From: a virus
Taxonomy: Duplodnaviria; Caudoviricetes
DNA: 33,396 nucleotides
Direction: 5' to 3' (one strand)
IMG/VR virus record: IMGVR_UViG_3300005404_000013
Span: 1-33,396 of that record
Position 1 is the first letter of the stretch; every line of letters starts with the position of its first letter. Under the pieces are notes generated by a model. That model saw nothing but the letters and a program-made list of their open reading frames with translations, was not told where the DNA came from and did no database searches. Of the stretch, positions 1 through 13,600 are shown in pieces. Position numbers and translations under genes: made by a program.

Positions 1-2
1 AT

Positions 3-1600
3 ACAGAAACACTTTCAATTGCTGATTCTGCTATAGGTAATAGTGGTGCACCTGCTGTTACTTTTGATGTAAGTGGATTAGGTGGATTCCAGTATAATAA
101 CGTTGCTACAACTAACTCTGGTAATGGTAACAACGCACTGAAATTGAATGTTACTATTGATGGTGCTGGTGCTGCAACTGCTGTAACCGTAGGTAATAAC
201 GGAGGTTTGGCATATGCAATCAATAATACTATAACAATTGCAGACTCAGTTCTAGGTAATAATGGTGCTCCTGCTCTAACATGTGATGTTGCTACAATTG
301 TCGCTCCTCAAACATATAGTGGTGTTGCTGCAACCTCAACAACTGGTTCTGGTAGTGGAGCAACCTTTGATGTCACTATTGATGCTAATGGTGCTGTAAC
401 ACTTGCTGTTGCAACTGCTGCTGGACTAGGTTATGCAGAAGATGATCAATTACAGATTCAGGATTCTAATTTAGGTAATAGTGGTGCTGCAAATATAGAC
501 TTCCAGGTAAATACTCTGAAGGCACCTCCATTATACAGTAATGTACCAACTTCTACTAACGGTAGTGGTACAGGGTGTACGTTCCAAGTTACGATTAATA
601 CAGATGGTTCTGTTGCTAACTTAAACGTTACCGCCCCAGGAAATGGATATCAGGCTGGAGACACATTAACTATCGCTGATGCCAATGTTGGTAATAATGG
701 TGCTGCTGCAATTACTTGCAATATTGCTACTGTATCTGGTGGTGCTCTATACAATGGGGTCGCTCCACTTGGTACCACTGGTAACGGTACTGGTGGCACA
801 TTCAATATTACTGTGGATAGCGGTGGTGCTATCGCTTCTCTTGTAGTTGCAACTCCTGGTCGTGGATATGCTGCAGGTGAAGTTATTACTATTGCTGACT
901 CTACTATTGGTAATCGTGGTGCTGCTAACTTCACATTTGAGATAACTGCAACTCAAGGAATTACATATTCAGGTATAAGTGCATGGTCTACTAATGGATC
1001 TGGTATTAATGCTGTATTTGATGTAGTAATCGATAATTTGGGTGCTTTCACATCAATGACTGCAACCAATCGTGGACAGAATTTTGCTTTATCAGATCAA
1101 GTAACGATAACTGATGCAACTTTAGGTAATCAGGGTGCTGGTGGTCTTGTAATGGCTGTCGCTTCTATACAAGGTCATCAATATAATGGAGTTGCACCTA
1201 CAAGTAATGGTAATGGTGAGAATGCTACATTTAATATTACAATAGATGGTACTGGTGCTGCATCAGCAGTTGTTGTTGCTAATGCTGGTCAAGAACATCA
1301 AGTAGGTAATGTATTCACTGTAACTGATGCTCAGATTGGTAACTTTGGTGGTACTAATTTAACATTCGACGTTGCAAGTCTAGCAGCAATACAATATACC
1401 AATATTACTGCTGCTGGTGGATCTGGTGTTAATGCATCTATCAATGTTAACGTTGCTGCTAATGGTGCAACGACCATTGAGATGAATAAAACTGGTCGTA
1501 ATTACAAATCTAGTGAAGTACTTACTGTAACTGATTCTCAAATTGGTAGTTATGGATATTCCAATATAACTTTCAATATTGCAAGTGTAATTAACGTATT
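3..1600 (+). repeat. Seven complete plus one partial ~72-aa Gly/Asn-rich beta repeats in gp7
   Basis: Repeating unit YxGV..(T/S)xGxGxGATFxVTIDxxG..xxVxxxGxGYxxGDxLTIxDxxxGNxGAxxxTFxV, with starts at QYNNVAT, TYSGVAA, LYSNVPT, LYNGVAP, TYSGISA, QYNGVAP and QYTNITA. Confidence 0.9.
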
Positions 1601-4600
1601 TGATCAGACAAAACAGAATAATGGTACTGCATCTCTTTATAATGCAACAAATGCTATTATTGATAGCACTATTAAGAAGTTTGGTACTGATTCAATTAAG
1701 TTCCAAGCAGAGAACCATTATAGTGTTACAGACATCAATCTAAACGGTAAGGAATGGACACTCCAAGCATGGTTTAGAATTGAGAGTACTATTCATACTG
1801 CTGCTAACAGTTATCCAACATTCTTCTTCACTGAACCTAATGATGCTTCTAACCCTTCTAATGAATTAAGACTTTTCATTGATGGTGATCAGACTAGTGG
1901 TGATTATGGTAAGGTTAAAATTGCTGCTGCTGGTGTAGAGGTCATGGAGACCGCTAGTGCAACTATTTGGACTAACTTTGCTGCTGATGCTTGGGTTCAT
2001 ATTGCCTTTGTTAAGGATGAACCAACTCTCGGTAATTTCACATATACAGTCTTTAGTAATGGTACTCAGATTGGACAGTGGTCTACAACTACAGATATAC
2101 CAGTAGATAACGTATATGTTGGTGGTTTACTAACACCAACTGCAACTACTTCATTACTTGGTAATGTTGATGATTTCGTTATAGATGCAACTGCTCAGTA
2201 TACTGGATCATCATTTACTTCTCCTACAGCAGAAATTCCTGTACGTACTAATGACAATAGTATTGCACTTGTAAAACTTGATAGAGAACATTTAAAGCGT
2301 GGAACTCATACATTAAGTGGATTAAGTGATCATACTTCTGCTGTTATTGTTGAGGATTCAAATTGGACATATAACTCAACTACTGGACCTGTAGTAACCA
2401 ATTGGGCAATTGGACCTGGCGGATTACAAATCCTTGACTACTCTGATATAAACAGTCAACTTACACCTGGCACTTATACATTTGATAATGATTCATTCAT
2501 ATATGGATCTAAGACTTCTACTGTACCAACTCCAGGTGGTAAGAAGTTAATAATCAGTCCTGTAGTTACACCGAAGTATTATATTAAGGATGCTTCTTAT
2601 ACTAAGATTGATAGCGTTCAACAGATGGTATTTAATCAGGACGTTAAATTTACTAAGGGAACTATCTTACAACAGTATAATGATTCTGATGTTGTCGGTG
2701 CATTTGGAACTATCGTAGAAACACCAGTTGGTGAAATTGCAACACCTGGTCTTGGAACTACATATAAGATTGGTAAAATATATCCTGCAGGAGCAACATT
2801 TAATAATACAGACAAATTCAAAACCACTACTGCTGCTGATACTGAGTCAAACGTAATCTCCGACATAGTGTTCACGGCCGAACGTGTAGAAGCGGAATGG
2901 AAGGCTGCCACTGCATACACTGCTGGAGATGTTGTATATGCAAACGGTAAGTTCTACGCTGCTACTACAAATGCTACTTCTGGTGCAACTAGACCTTCAC
3001 ATAGTACTGGTAACCAATCTGACGGTGGTGTTTCATGGGATTATACAAGTAATGCAACTGATGCATTAGAACTTGATCTTGCTAATACTGCATATCCTGT
3101 TCCTAGACAACCAAAATGGAAGGAGTTAGTTATACATGAGGTTGGTGATGAAGTTTATAATGGTAGACAACTTTATAGATGTACAGTAAGTGGTCGTACA
3201 TCTAGGGTTGCTCCTACACATACTACTGGTACTGCAACTGATGGTACTGTAACTTGGGAATGGAGACAGACATTTGATCCTCTTAGCAGTTATGCTAGAT
3301 TTAAGACTTATGATGCTGCTGAACCATATTATCAGATCCAAGTTAATGAGATCTATCATGATTCTAATTCTATTGTTAATGATAGTCTAAGTATTGGTGG
3401 AACTATTACAGTTAATCCTAAAGTAGGTGAACCAACTGTTTTACAGATTAATAATATCAATAGTATTAAGAAAGTAACCATTCAAGCAATTCTTGATAAG
3501 ACTATTCTATTATCAACTGGTGGTCAAACAAGAACTGAAGATGTTTATTGTGTTGCTAACTCAAGGCATAATTTCTCTGCTGGTAATATTCTATTCACCG
3601 AAGGATTCTCTACTTCAGAATTTAATGGATCATTCTTTGTTAAGGAAGTATTCTCATCTAGAGATTTCACATTTACTACCCGTGCTATTCCTAGTGCTGA
3701 ACCAGCATTTGAAAATGCAAGTATTGCTAGAGTAGACATATACACCAAGCATCCTACATTGATGCTAATAAGGAATCATAATTATATCTTTGATATGAGT
3801 GATTCTTCCAACGCTGGATATTTCCTATCATTCTCTCAAGATAATGAATTCAAACTAGAATACTCATTTAACAATATTGAAAGATCAGGAACCCCTGGTG
3901 TATTTGATGGTACTAATGCACCATTTGTTAAATTTAAGATTGATGGTCAGGTAACAAATATTTCTTACTACTTCGACCCATCTAGAATTGGTAGTAATTC
4001 TCCTGTTGGTGCCCAATCCTTTATTGATGTTAAGAAGACTCCTTTCGATGGAACTTATACTGTCACGAAGATTATTGATGATACTAACTTCCAATTCCCA
4101 CTTGCATTCGAACCTGAGTTTACACAGGCTAATGTAGGTAATGATGATCAAGGGGTAGCATACTCTAAGTATTCAACTACATCACTTAAAGCAATTGGTC
4201 CTATCAATGCAATTAAACTAATATCTGCTGGTGGATTCTATAAGAAGTTACCTATTATCTCTGATATTGCATCATTCCGTCAGATTGAAAGAGTTAATAT
4301 AACTGCTGGTGGATCTGAATATGCAGTTGGAACTTATGATCAGGTACCTATTATTGGTGATGGTGAAGGTGGTCTTTGTCGTATAGAAGTTACAGTAGAT
4401 GAAACTATTGGTTCTGGAACTATTAGTAGTGTAACTGTTACAGATCCAGGTAAAGGTTATAAGACTGCAAGTATAGATGTTGATGGAATAACTGGAATTC
4501 TTGGACCTCAGTTGACTGGTTCTGGTGCAGAACTTGCTGTAATTATTCCTGATGAGGGAACTGGTGCTTCTGTATTCTTAACTGGTAAGAATATTGGTAA

Positions 4601-7600
4601 GATTAAGAAGTTGAAGAATAATGAGTTTGGTTATGGTTATTCACATGACTATACTCTGAAACCAGAAATTACCTTCCCAATTAACTTACAACTATTCAAT
4701 ACATCAATACTTTCACAGATCAAAATCACCAATCCTGGTGCTGGATATACTTCTCCACCAGCAGTCATCGTAACAGGTGGTGGTGGATTTGGTGCAGAAG
4801 CAATTGCTGTTGTTAAGAACAATCGTCTATCAGAAATTCAAATTAAGAATCCTGGTGCTGGATATAGTTCTGAACCAGTTGTTACTCTTAAATCTGAGTT
4901 TAACTACGTTGTTAACACTGATTTAGGATATCTACAATTTAACTTCCCACATGGAATTACACAGGGTGCTGCTATAACATTCCGTGCAGATGATGTTGGT
5001 AACACTGTAGGTGTTCTACCTCAACCTGGATCTGCTGGTTTGACTGCATTGATTGAAAATCAAATCTATTATGCTATTTCTGGTGAAGCAAATTCACTTG
5101 AAACTGATCAATTAAGATTTGCTCTAACACCTGCTGATGCTGAATCTGGCAACTATATCACTTTCGTAGATGGTTCTGCTGGTACTGGTTCTGGTCGTCA
5201 AGTACTTCTAACTGAGGTATTTGGTGGTGAAGCAGAAGCAGTAGTTGAGACTTCCGTATTCTTGGAAGGTGAGAGAGTTTATATGGGTGATAGTGAAGAT
5301 CAAGCAACCATATTTGCAACTGTCTCTACAAATGATGGTTGGCAGATTGGACCTAAGATCTTAAAACTAATTGATGCTACAGGAACATTTGAGGCTGGAT
5401 ATAGAGTCAATGGTACTGTATCTCGTGCATCTGGTGTTATTGATAATGTATCACTTGCTAAAGGTGTATTGAATATTGGTTCATTAACTGAGACACCAGG
5501 TAAATTTATTGATGATGTTGGTAAACCATCAGAGATTGTTCAGAAAGTTCAAGACTCCTTCTTCTATCAGAACTTCTCATATGTTATCAAATCTCAGATT
5601 CCTATTAATGAGTGGAAGCAACAAATTCTTGATAATAACCACCCTGCTGGTTTCAATATGTTTGGTCAGTTACAACTGACTGGTGGTAAAGACGTATCTG
5701 GACGTAAAGTTGGAACTGAGTTTATTAAGCAGGTTAATATTAATGAGTACTCCAATGTTAATGAAGTAACATCATTTGCTGCTGCTCAACCAATATATTC
5801 TGATTTCAATAACACTGAAGTACTTTTCCGTAAGAAGCGTTTAACTAACTCTGAGGAAATTCTAACTTCTATTGTTAAGAAATTGGATGATATCTCTGGT
5901 GACTTTGATGGTATTAAGAAAGGATTCCCTCTTACTGTAGAGAACCAACAGGTTATCGTTAAGAATGACCAGTTGTTAATTACATTGAATGGTGTTATTC
6001 AGGCACCTATCGATTCATATGATATTGTTGGTGGACAGATTGTATTTAAAGAAGCACCAAAGGCACCTTCTAAGATTGTCTACAAAAACGTTAGTGTTGA
6101 GTTCTTAAATATCACTCGTTTGAATTTAAGTGATGTTGGTGGTATATATCCTGAAATTGGTTATACAGTACAGGGTGATAATAGTGATACTTATGCACTT
6201 GTTGTTGCTACTGGTACTAATACAGTTGATGTTGTAGATTTACAAAATACTGGTGGATCAGCAATATTCGAACTTAATGAAGTAGTTAGAGTAAGTGCTC
6301 TAGGATGGAGTGGAAGACTTGATTCAGTAACGCTACTTAGTGCAGAAAACATATATGAATTTGATGAGACAGTTATTGGTACAAATCGCAGTAAGAATAA
6401 TCCAACTGCTCAAATAACTGAAATCAACTTGAATGAAGATGGTACTGCTGGTAATGATATAGTTTTATCTAAGACTTCTGGTACTGCTAAGTATGAAACT
6501 GGAGTATATGATTTTGATCTTCAAGATATCATATATTCAAATCGTTCAAACGTTGCTGCAAGAATAACATCTCAGGCACCTTATCCTGTTGGTACAGATG
6601 AGAATAGAGGTATTCAGGAATTAACTTCTGGATCTACATTCTATGGTCTATTATTTGAACGTCTAGTTAGTCAATCTTATCCTAATATTCTTCTAGACAA
6701 TATTGCTAAATCTACTGTTACTCCAACTGAACTTTTAGATAATGAGGCTCGTATAAATGGTGACTTCCTAGACTTCGAAGCAATTCGTTCTTCAGAGGTT
6801 ACATATACAGATTTGTCAAATGGTGTATTCAGTGTTGGTGATACACTTAGAAATATTAAGGTAAGATACAATAACCCAATTCTCGGATCCACATACGGTA
6901 TTGCTGCTAACAGACATGCTGATGGTTCTCGTTCTATAACCAGATGTAGAGATGAGATTGTTGACTTTGGTGATGCTCAGATATCAGTAGATCATCCAGA
7001 TTTCTATTATCCAGGACAGTCACAGACTGATGGAAGATCACGTTTCCGTGATGCTTATAGAATGATAATCAAGAATAAGGATTATATCGTAGCACAAGCA
7101 TATGTGGATATGGTTGCTCAGTATCCATCAACTTCTATACCTAGTTCTACTAAGTGTAAGAGAGACATGGCATACTATATCGATGCAGTTGCATACGATA
7201 TGTACTCTGGTGGTAATAAGTATGCACGTAAATTTATTACAGAATACTTTAGTGGAGCAAGTCTACAGTATATCAATGCACAGGTAACTGAAACTGTTTG
7301 GGGTTATTCTAAGTGTAGTGAGTATATGAATCAGGTGGTTACTAACCAACTATCTGGTACTATCACTGTTGACGGAACACCATACACAATATACCAAGAT
7401 ACAACTCTAACTGAAGGTAGAGCAAATTACACTGATACTTCAGGTAGTACTATTAGCAATACAAATAATGGTGCTTGTGCTGATGTTCGTGCTGCTCTTG
7501 ATACACTTAAGAATACTATTAGTGAAACACTTCTACAGAATCAGAACTTTGATGATATTGAGGCAACTGAACCATCTTACAATGCATCTGAGACTACATG

Positions 7601-10600
7601 TCGTCGTGACTTAGGTCTCTTTGTTGATGCATTAGCACAAGATGTTAAGAGTGGTGGTAATCTATCAAGCGTTAAGTTTGTTCGTTCATACTACAATACT
7701 GATGGTACTATCATTTCAGGTCTTCATGCTTCACAAGCAGGTACATCAATAACTCATGCTCGTGATCTTTCGAAGAAAGCAATTAACAACTTACTCTATG
7801 TTAAAGATCTAAGTTCAACAGGTTACAACCTAAATGATCCTACCACTTATAGTGGTGGTGTTGCTCCTGCACAATACTATGATGTTAACTATGCATCTGG
7901 TAATAATCAGACAGCAACGAATTGTGCTAACGTTCAATCTACGATTGATACTCTAACTGGCATCGTTACAACTGCATTTACTGCAGGTAATCAGAATAAT
8001 ATTAATGCACTTGCAAGTATTGATGATGGATCATTCCGTGATGGTGAAACTGTTCGTGTTGTTAAGATTGCTTATAAGGATAAGTCAGCTGGACTATTTT
8101 CTACTGGTAATGTAATTAAAGGTGTATCATCTGGTGCTTCAACAACACTTGAAGGTGTTAACTCTGGTCTAGGATGGATATTCAGTGATAGTAGTGGTGT
8201 AACAGGAACATTTACAGACCGTGAATATATCACTAACTCTACTCTTGTTAATACTGGTGGTGTTACTCAGAGTGTTATCGTTACTAAGTCTGAGTTAGCT
8301 AATTCCAAAAAATCGCTAAAATTTGCTTCTGGTGCATATCTTAAAGCTGTAGATACATATGACTTTGACTTTGACACAGGAGATTTCACACTTGAAGCAT
8401 GGATTAATCCCACTTCTGTAAGTGGCACACAGATGTTGTTCGACTTACGTAGAACTGCTGGATCAGGTTTAAGAGTTAATATGTTCGATAAGGCTATCCG
8501 TGTTTACAACGGAAGCACTAGCATCATACTTTCTGGTGACGTATTTAATACAGCAAATACTTGGTATCACGTTGCAGTCATAAGAAATGGCGGTGTGATG
8601 CAAGCATATGTCAATGGAACACAAGCAGGTAGTAATGCTGCTAATAGTGATGACTTTGGATATGGTCCTTGTTACATTGGATCTGATTTAGCAGGTTCCA
8701 ATGACTTCACTGGTAACATGGATAATGTTATCGTAAGAAAAGGAATTGCAACATTCACTGCTGCATTTACACCTCCTGTTGCTCCAGATTTCACTGATGA
8801 TAAGATCGTTCTAGGTTTAACAGGTGAGACACCATTTATATGTTCTACTACTGAAACTTATGCTAAGTTCACTGGTCAAACTATATCATCTGCAACTGCT
8901 AAGAAGATCGATTATGATTCTAAGCGTGTAATTATTGAAGATGTAGATCTTGGTAGAGATGAGCATCGTCGTTGTGCACAACAAGTACAACAGAATGATA
9001 AGTGGATTTCTGAGACTGCCGTTGCAATGATGAAGGCTAAGTTCCCAGACTTTGTTATTCGTGGTGATGATCCTGCAACTAATAACTACCTTGGTACTTA
9101 CTACTGCTTGAGGGATACTGAAGAATATATTATCGATGCTATCATTAAAGATCTTAAGTATGGTGGTAACTACTACACCACTGTTGCTGCTAAGGGATAC
9201 TTAACTGCTACTGGTGGATTAGATTTCGTTAATAAAGAACTTCTACAAACTCTATACACTTGGCAGAAAGTTGGTGAAATTATCAATTTTGTAATCACAA
9301 CAACAAGTACTGATTTAGAGAACTATGAAAGTGTTAAGTATACAGAAAGATTACGTGTACCTAACAACTTCTCATCACCTGCATCTTCTAATGTACAAAA
9401 TGAAGTTACAGCATTAGTTGATGGTATTCTTGATATTCTTGGACCTACTGGTGCTAGATATCGTGATGCTGGTGATGCTATGTGGCAGAACCGTGATTTC
9501 ATTGCTGAAGAGGTTGCTGCATATATTCAGAATAAGTGGCAGGTTGAAATTGATGGTACAACTTATGATAAGTTGGAGATGCCTGGTTATGGTCAACCAT
9601 ACTGTGAAAGAGATATTAAAGATTTCGTTATTCCTGGTATAATTGCCGACTTGATTACTGGTGGTAATGCTGGTACTAATGAAGTAATTGACAGGTATTT
9701 GGATGAAGATCAAGATATCCTTCATGTAGATGAAGAACTTCTTCCAATGTTGGATGCTATTGAATTTACTAAGTTCTTATCTATTAAAGCAGCAAACCAA
9801 CTCTTAGTTCAATTTGGTAACTCACCTGATGCAAATCAAGGTCAGACAAATATAGATGATTACTATACTGCTGTATACACACAAATTATACCTAAGACAG
9901 TTCATAATACTGATGCTGATTGGGATACAGTAACCTTCCCACCTGATCCACAAGGATATGATCCAGGACGTTCTGATGGAGATAGGTTCCTAGACGCAGC
10001 TGATATGATCGAAAGAAATAAGGATCAGATTGCTTGGGAAGCAGTTCATACAATGAACGATACTGCTAGATTCCAAGATCATACTTATCCTGAAGGTCAA
10101 AGTCAGCAAGATTGTGTTGATGATGTTAATGATTATCTTGATGCAGTTATTCACGATCTTCGTCTTGGTGGTAACAGTAAGGTTTGGGATGCTTCAAATT
10201 ACTATATCGAACCAGAAAATAATGGTATTAAGCACATTGCTGGTGAAGAAGATGCATCTATCTACACATATAAGTTAGCAAGAGATATGGCAATTCTCAC
10301 AATGAGAAATGCTTTTGGACGTGATAACTTCTATGCTCAAGGTGTTAATGATGTTAATACATTAGTTGGTGCTATTGATCCTGGTGTTGATTCATACGAT
10401 CAGAACCCAGTCATTTCAAGACAGATTGATGCTGCTAATATTATCGAACGTAATATTAGATTCATCTCAGAAGAAGCAGTATATCGTGCAAATATTCAAT
10501 ATCCACAACTTCATATCACAAATGGTGATAAGTCTTGTGTAGATGATATATGTGACTTCCTACGTTCCATGACCTTCAATATGAAGTATGGTGGAAACAG

Positions 10601-13600
10601 TAGAGTTTGGGATGCTGCTGATTTCTATAGAAAGGCATCAACATATCATTTAACAAATCAGATGCCAATATATGCCTTCAATGAGGCAAGAGATATGGCA
10701 ATTCAGGCTATGCGTAATATTCCAATTATTGCACGTGGTCAGAATATTCATGGTAAGGTTCAAACATTCTTTGAGCAATTAGACTTCTTCCCTTACAACA
10801 GTAAGGAACGTGATAATCCTAAGATGGAAGCATCACAATTGGTTGGTGGTATTAACGTTAATAAGTCTGCTGATACCTATCAGTTAATTCTTAATAACTC
10901 TCGCTTCGTTGCTGAGGAAGCAGTATATCGTTATACAAGAGATAATGATCTAACACCTGTAACTGAGTTTACTCCATCTGATGCAACATACGATGCTGCA
11001 ACTGGTGATCTAGTATTATCATTACCATCACATAATTTAACTACTAATGATTCTATCTCGATAGATGCAAATTCATTAATCTTTACTTGTGACCAAGATG
11101 ATCATGCTTCAGAGCATAGTTATCCTCGTGAAACTGATCCTTCATATAATGAGAGATTAGCAATCACTGCTGTTGGTACTAATGCACATACACCAACAGA
11201 TGCAGATTACAATGCTGAAACTGGTGCATTAACTTTAGATATTGCAGCACATGGATTAAGACAATCTGAAGCATATACTGTATCTGATGCAGATTACAAT
11301 CCTAAGACTGGTATTTTAAAACTTGCTGTTGCTAATCACAACTTTAGAAATGGTGACAGAATTAAGTTCTCTCATGATGCATTAATCTTCCAGTGCGATA
11401 ATGATAACTACAATACAAACCACACATATCCACGTAAGGGTGTTGACCCATCTAGTGATAAGTGGTTACCTGTAAGTGCTGTAACTGATGGTACCTTTGA
11501 GGTACAGATTGGTAAGACTGCTGCTGCTGGTCAACATAAGTTTGTTGCTAACAGTCAGTTGAATGTTACTGATGCTGATTACAACCCAACAACAGGTATA
11601 ATGACACTTACCAGTGCTGCACATGGCATCAATAATGGTGAGTTCATTAAGATTACTGACGGTTCATTAGACTTTACTTGTACACAAGGTGGCGGTACTT
11701 ATAGTTACCCTCGTGCACAAGTATCACAACACACTGCAGATACAGGTACAACATATAATCCAACTACAGGTATATTGAGCATCACAACAAGTTCTGCTCA
11801 TAACATGGCAAATGGTGAGTGGATTAAGTTTGCTGATAACGCATTAACCTTCACTTGTGGAAGAGATAATAATGCTACTAACCATACATATCCTCGTTCA
11901 TCTGACCCTGCTAGTGGTAAGTTCTTAAGAATATCAAATGTTACAGCAAGTACATTTGAAGTCAAAGTACTTGAGATTACTCCTTCAACTAACACAAGTG
12001 TTCATGCATTTGTAACTGGTGCAAATAATGGAATTACACATGCTGACCCTGCTGCTGCAGGATATGTAAGAGCATTCAACGTTGCTGCCGACACATTCGA
12101 TGTTCAGGTATTAGCAAATGCTCCTTCTACAAACACAACAGTCCACACATATACTGGTGGAACTGCATCTAATGCAATCACTAGAGCAACATTTGAGAAG
12201 GCAAATGATTCTGTCTTAATTGAAGATGGTGCACTTACATTTACATGTGATGCTGATAATCATCAATCACAACATCCATATCCAAGATATACTGATTATG
12301 CTAGTGACGAGTGGTTACCAATAACAGAAGCATGGAACGATAGTTTCAAAGTCGATGTACATGTTGCTCCAGTTATTGAGTACACTCCAACTGCTGCTTC
12401 ATTCACTCCGACTACTGGTCTTCTTGAATTAACAATCGGATCTCATGATCTCTCTATTGACTCTAAAGTCATGATCAAGACTGGAGGATTAACCTTCCGT
12501 TGTGATCAGGATGGTCAGTCAAGTGATCATGCATATCCAAGAAATACAATTGATACACATACCGCTGGTGCTGGTACAACATATGATCCTGTTACAGGTC
12601 TTATGACTATTAACACAGGTACCACACATGGTATTAAGGTAGGTGACTGGGTTAAGTTTGATGATGGTGCTGTAACCTTCCGTTGTGATGAAGATAGTCA
12701 ATCATCTGATCATGCATATCCAAGATCTACTGACCCTGTAAGTGGTAAGTGGTTACAAGTTTCCGCTGTTGCTGCACAAACATTTACAGTTAAAGTCTTA
12801 ACAACTACACCTTCCACAAACGTAACTACTCATGTATTCCAGAGTGGTACTGCTAATGGTATTAAGCAAAAGCGTGATAGATCATTCGAACAGCATGTTC
12901 CTGTTACTGCAATAACTGGTACAACTATTACTCTTGACGTTGGTGTTTCTTCTAATAACACAACTCACGTATGGCAGTCTGCTCTTGCTGGTGCTATTCA
13001 ATTCAACCCACTATATCAGCATACATTTGTTTCTGCTGTAACTGGTGGTGTTAAGAGTCAAGACGGTACTGTTACCGTAAATGTTGGAACAACTGCTGCT
13101 GTTAATTACACTCCAACTGCTGCTACATATGATCCTGAGACAGGTGACATGTGGTTGAATGTTGGTTTACATAACCTAACTGAAGGAACGACAATTAAAC
13201 TTGCTGATGATTCCTTAACATTCACATGTAGTATGGATAATAATGGTACAAACCATACTTATCCAAGAGCATCAGATCCAGTTAGAGATACCAATATCCC
13301 AATTAAAGAAGTTGGTACTATATCTAAGACAGTTACAGGTGCACTTTATGATCCTAATTCTGGTAATTTAGTTCTTACTGTACCTGCTCATGGATTCTCC
13401 AATGGTAACAGAGTTAGAATTGCAGACGGATCATTAGTATTCACATGTGCTGCTGATCAACATGCTACATGGCATAGATATCCACGTCCAACAGATCCAT
13501 TCAGTGATGAGTGGTTAGTTATCTCTGGAGTATCAACAGATTCATTCCAAGTTAATATTGGTGTTTCTCCTAATCAATCCGCACATACATTTATCAGTGC

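Noticed and set aside
144-146. TTG start assigned by the ORF track
   Set aside because: The frame is open upstream to nt 3 and continues the same 72-aa repeat, so the real start lies outside the window.
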